Both the position numbers and the translations under genes were made by a program. A stretch of 64,000 nt of DNA. Origin: Acidobacteriota bacterium. Its GTDB lineage: Bacteria; Acidobacteriota; UBA6911; RPQK01; JAJDTT01. The notes beneath the pieces were generated by a model, which was given only the letters and a program-made list of their open reading frames with translations, did not search any database and was not told the origin of the DNA. Where the stretch lies: the NCBI GenBank assembly GCA_965263035.1, contig OZ253580.1, forward strand, positions 2,240,001 through 2,304,000, written 5' to 3'. Below are positions 60,740 through 64,000 of the stretch, piece after piece; the stretch's first letter is position 1, and each line of letters starts with the position of its first letter.

Positions 60740-62221
60740 TCAGGCAATGATGTCGTGCACGACATTGCCGTAGACGTCGGTCAGGCGGAAGTCGCGGCTG
60801 TTGTGGCGGAAGGTGAGCTGTTCGTGATCCAGGCCCAACAGGTGGAGGATGGTGGCGTGGAGATCGTGATGCGAGACGCGGTCCTTGATGGCGTGCATGC
60901 CGAGTTCGTCGGTGGCACCGTAGGTGATCCCCGGCTTGACGCCGCCGCCCGCCATCCACATGGAGAAGCCGTAATGGTGATGGCTGCGGCCGAGGGTTGT
61001 TTTTGTAAGCGTCTTATCCGCCTCCTCAAACGGCGTGCGACCGAACTCAGTGGCCCAGACGACGAGAGTCTCGTCCAGCAGGCCGCGTGACTTCAGGTCC
61101 ATGATGAGGGCCGTGATGCCCTGATCGGTGCGCGCCGCGTTGGTGCGGTGGTTCTTGATGAGCCCGCCGCGGTTGCCGTGGGCGTCCCATTGCCGCCCGT
61201 GGGCGCCGTCGAGAATCTCCACGAAACGGACGCCGCTCTCCACCAGCCGTCTCGCCGTCAGGCACTTCCTCCCGAAGTCGGTGTCGCCGTAAAGCGCCTT
61301 CACCGAGTCCGGCTCGTTACGGATATCGAAGAGTTCCGGCGCTTCCATCTGCATGCGAAACGCCGTCTCGAATGAAGCGATGCGCGCGTCGAGGTCGGGC
61401 TGCGTGCGATGCCTGCCGCGATGGAGGCGATTCAACTTCCGCACCAGATCCAGTTGCCGGCGATGCTGTCCTGGGCTCAGAAAGGCCGGCGCCTTGATGT
61501 GCGGCACCGGTGGATTCCCGGGCTTGACGTCCACCAGCGTGGCCTGGTGGATACCAGGGAGGAATCCGGCATCGTGAAGCGAGCGCCCGCCGGACGGACG
61601 GCCGTCCGCCATCGCCACGAATCCCGGCATGTTCCGGTTTTCCGTCCCCAGCCCGTAGGTCACCCAGGAACCAAGACTGGGGTGGCCCTGTCTGGAATAA
61701 CCCGTGTGCATGAGGATCTGGCCTGTGGAGTGAAGCGGTGAATCGGTGTGCATCGATTTGATGAATGCGATGTCGTCGACCACCTTCGTCAGATTCGGGA
61801 AGATCTCGCTGACCCACGCGCCGCTCTGGCCATAGCGCTTGAAGGAGAACACCGGCGGAACGATGCGCGTGTTGTAGAACGTCTTCGACGGGTTGAGGCC
61901 GTCCAGGTCTTCTTTGGGAAATATGTCTTGTGCCGCTCTTCCGGCGTACTTTTTCAGAAGCGGCTTATGATCGAACGTCTCAATCTGACTTGCGCCACCG
62001 ACCATGAACAGCAAGATGACGTTCCTGGCCCTGGGAGCGAAGTGTGGCTGCCTGGGAGCAAGCGGCTCGCTGAGGTCTGCCCCCGGCACGGCCACCGCAC
62101 CGTTCGCCGTCTGGTCCGCGAGCAGGCTGGTCAGAGCGATGCCGCCCAAGCCGAGCTCCTTGAGGAACCCCCGGCGGTTCCGACCCACCGGTCGAGTTTC
62201 ATTGGCTGCGTCAGTGAACAT
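60740..62221 (-). CDS. DUF1501 family protein, copy A
   Basis: 493 aa, colinear with copy B with scattered substitutions. Confidence 0.93.
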   Translation of the reverse strand: MFTDAANETRPVGRNRRGFLKELGLGGIALTSLLADQTANGAVAVPGADLSEPLAPRQPHFAPRARNVILLFMVGGASQIETFDHKPLLKKYAGRAAQDIFPKEDLDGLNPSKTFYNTRIVPPVFSFKRYGQSGAWVSEIFPNLTKVVDDIAFIKSMHTDSPLHSTGQILMHTGYSRQGHPSLGSWVTYGLGTENRNMPGFVAMADGRPSGGRSLHDAGFLPGIHQATLVDVKPGNPPVPHIKAPAFLSPGQHRRQLDLVRKLNRLHRGRHRTQPDLDARIASFETAFRMQMEAPELFDIRNEPDSVKALYGDTDFGRKCLTARRLVESGVRFVEILDGAHGRQWDAHGNRGGLIKNHRTNAARTDQGITALIMDLKSRGLLDETLVVWATEFGRTPFEEADKTLTKTTLGRSHHHYGFSMWMAGGGVKPGITYGATDELGMHAIKDRVSHHDLHATILHLLGLDHEQLTFRHNSRDFRLTDVYGNVVHDIIA

Positions 62222-62299
62222 GGATGAACCCGCTCAGGCTAAAGACGGAATGGCAAGAATGTACGGGAGAAAAGAGGTGATTGTCCGCTCCCACGGAGG

Positions 62300-62353
62300 C
62301 CGGCGACAAGAAAGTCGCCGCTCCCAGCCGGCGACAAGAAAGCCGCCGCTCCC
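62300..62353. repeat. Tandem REP family-1 pair
   Basis: CCGGCGACAAGAAAGTCGCCGCTCCC, CCGGCGACAAGAAAGCCGCCGCTCCC. Confidence 0.8.
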
Positions 62354-62354
62354 G

Positions 62355-62441
62355 CGCGATGCCGCCCAGGCCGAGTTCCTTGAGGAACCCACGGCGGTCC
62401 CGGCCCACCGGTCGAGTTCCATCGGCTCCGTCAGTGAACAT
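62355..62441 (-). pseudogene. First 29 codons of a third DUF1501 copy, cut at REP
   Basis: MFTDGADGTRPVGRDRRGFLKELGLGGIA followed by REP sequence; start overlaps the PSD1 stop. Confidence 0.85.
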
Positions 62442-64000
62442 AGATGAACTCGTTCAGGCTCATGACGGCATGGCAGTACTGTACCAGCGGGCTTTGAGCA
62501 TCCAAGGACCCCGGCTCGTTGCTTTCCTCCAACGCGCCGGCGCGCCGTTGACCGAGAAACGACAGGCCGATCTCGCGTTCTTCCACGGTCGGTGGCCGGG
62601 AAAGAGCAATCCGGTAGGCCGACTCGATCTGTCGGCCGGGGTCGCCTCCGACTCTGTCCCGCACCCGTTCGGCGAAGCGCGTCGCCTGCTCCCACACGAA
62701 TGGCGCATTCAGCATGAACGCCGTGCTGCCCGGTGTCGTGCTGATGTGACGAAGGCCGACGCTTTGCGTGTTGTCCGGAAGGTCGAAGATCTTGAGGACC
62801 GGATGGAGGTTGAAGCGCGGCGACATGAGGTAGACGGACCGGCGCCAGGTGTCCGGCGTGTCCTTGAAAGGTTTCTTGCGGCTGCCAATGGGAGTGCTGG
62901 GCCCGTACATGTCCGGGCGCAGAGCGCCGGAGACGCTCAACATGTGGTCGCGGATGACTTCCGCCTCCATGCGCAAGGGCCTGCGGTGCCACAGGTACTC
63001 GTTGTAAGCATCGTGCCGGGCCTGAGCCAACTTCGTGCTGGCCGCCTGTTTGTACACGGAGCTGTTCATGATCAGCCGGTGGATCGGTTTCAATCGCCAG
63101 CCCTCCTGGACGAGCTGGGAAGCGAGCCAATCCAGCAGAGCGGGGTGGGTGGGCTCGGTTCCGAGTCTGCCGAAATCATTCGGGGTGCTGACGATGCCGC
63201 GCCCGAAATGATGTTGCCAGAGACGATTGACGATCACCCGAGCCAGCAACGCGCCGGCGCCATGCTCGACGTCGGTCATCCAGTTCGCAAGCATCCGAAG
63301 CTTCGATGCCTCGAGCTCCTCCTCGGGGCCATCGGCGGCTTCGGAACGGGGCCGCCAATCCTTCGCGCTGCGACCGTCCCGCATCATGACGCGCAGGAAA
63401 CCGGGTTCGACCGGCTTGACGGGCCGCTGCCAACTGCCCCCGGCCAGCAGATGGGGTGTGGTCACCTCCAGGGGGACGTGCTTGCCGCCTGCGTCCGGCT
63501 TGACCTCGGCTTCGTCGAAGAATACGGCCGTCAACTGGTAATACTCTTCGGCCGTGATCGGGTCGATCTTGTGGTCGTGGCAACGCGCACACCCGACCGT
63601 GAGGGCAAGGAACGCCTGACCGGTCGCCGACACCATGTCGTCGAGGCGGTGAAACTTGCGATCGTTCGGGTTGTCGCTCCCGCTCAGGTTCGTCCCAATG
63701 TGAACGAACATGCCCAGATCCCGCCGGCCGGCGGGGAAACCTTTCGGAGCGCCGGCAACCTGGTCGCGGACGAACTCGTCGTAAGGCAGATCGTCATTGA
63801 AAGCGCGAATCACGGCGTCGCGGTATCGATACGCGTCCTCTCGAAGTGCGTTGTCCCCCTCGTGTGCTCCAAGGCTCTCGCCAAACCGAGCCACATCCAA
63901 CCAGTGCCGTCCCCACCGTTCGCCGTAGTGCGGGCTGGCGAGCAGCCGGTCAACGAGCTGGCGAAAGGGTTCCGCAGAAGAATCTCGAACGAACGCCTCG
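62431..64000 (-). CDS. DUF1549/DUF1553 (PSD1) protein, 5' part outside the window
   Basis: HYGERWGRHWLDVARFGES, CARCHDHK, LARVIVNRLWQHHFGRG, PTHPALLDWLA, NEFIYVH. Confidence 0.92.
   Translation of the reverse strand, partial: EAFVRDSSAEPFRQLVDRLLASPHYGERWGRHWLDVARFGESLGAHEGDNALREDAYRYRDAVIRAFNDDLPYDEFVRDQVAGAPKGFPAGRRDLGMFVHIGTNLSGSDNPNDRKFHRLDDMVSATGQAFLALTVGCARCHDHKIDPITAEEYYQLTAVFFDEAEVKPDAGGKHVPLEVTTPHLLAGGSWQRPVKPVEPGFLRVMMRDGRSAKDWRPRSEAADGPEEELEASKLRMLANWMTDVEHGAGALLARVIVNRLWQHHFGRGIVSTPNDFGRLGTEPTHPALLDWLASQLVQEGWRLKPIHRLIMNSSVYKQAASTKLAQARHDAYNEYLWHRRPLRMEAEVIRDHMLSVSGALRPDMYGPSTPIGSRKKPFKDTPDTWRRSVYLMSPRFNLHPVLKIFDLPDNTQSVGLRHISTTPGSTAFMLNAPFVWEQATRFAERVRDRVGGDPGRQIESAYRIALSRPPTVEEREIGLSFLGQRRAGALEESNEPGSLDAQSPLVQYCHAVMSLNEFIYVH

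Larger units (their letters stand above)
38208..62292. repeat. Dispersed ~23-bp hairpin family 2 (GAGAA(G/C)GTGACTGTCCCCTTCTC), about 15 copies
   Basis: Reverse copies at 38208 and 38269; forward copies at 40740, 41365, 43755, 44133, 44539, 50556, 51385, 51610, 54792, 58666, 60228, 60581 and 62272 (degenerate). Confidence 0.85.

Noticed and set aside
38208-62292. Family-2 repeats as a CRISPR array or classical integron attC sites
   Set aside because: Spacing is irregular (about 60 bp to 6 kb), there are no cas or intI genes, and the repeats lack RYYYAAC/GTTRRRY boxes.

Overview
GC-rich bacterial DNA. The gene content (DUF1501 and DUF1549/DUF1553 PSD1 genes, sulfatase, ankyrin/TPR proteins) suggests Acidobacteriota or a Planctomycete-like organism, possibly host-associated; this is inference only. 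The window alternates core metabolic blocks (icd, class-IV aminotransferase, lexA-imuA-imuB-dnaE2, amidohydrolase/epimerase, DUF1501-PSD1, esterase, sulfatase) with three accessory regions. (1) 1-6.4 kb: a Gabija-like OLD nuclease + UvrD pair between relics of an SNF2/DUF3883 gene and a DUF1156 methylase gene. (2) 21-28 kb: toxin-antitoxin genes, Fic, an IS3 element and an ADP-ribosylglycohydrolase. (3) 38-62 kb: a mosaic partitioned by about 15 copies of a ~23-bp hairpin (GAGAA(G/C)GTGACTGTCCCCTTCTC). These hairpins repeatedly sit at gene-truncation and duplication breakpoints, which makes them the best candidate for an undescribed DNA capture/shuffling system. Other notable items: a 759-aa McrA-head/PD-(D/E)xK/nitrilase fusion, an Icd with a CxxC-CxxC insertion next to the regulatory serine, an ORF-less group IIC intron inserted into a REP hairpin, REP-derived sequence forming the DnaE2 N-terminus, and a 22-bp palindromic candidate LexA operator. 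No rRNA, tRNA or CRISPR array was seen. Family assignments come from motif recognition, not from database searches.
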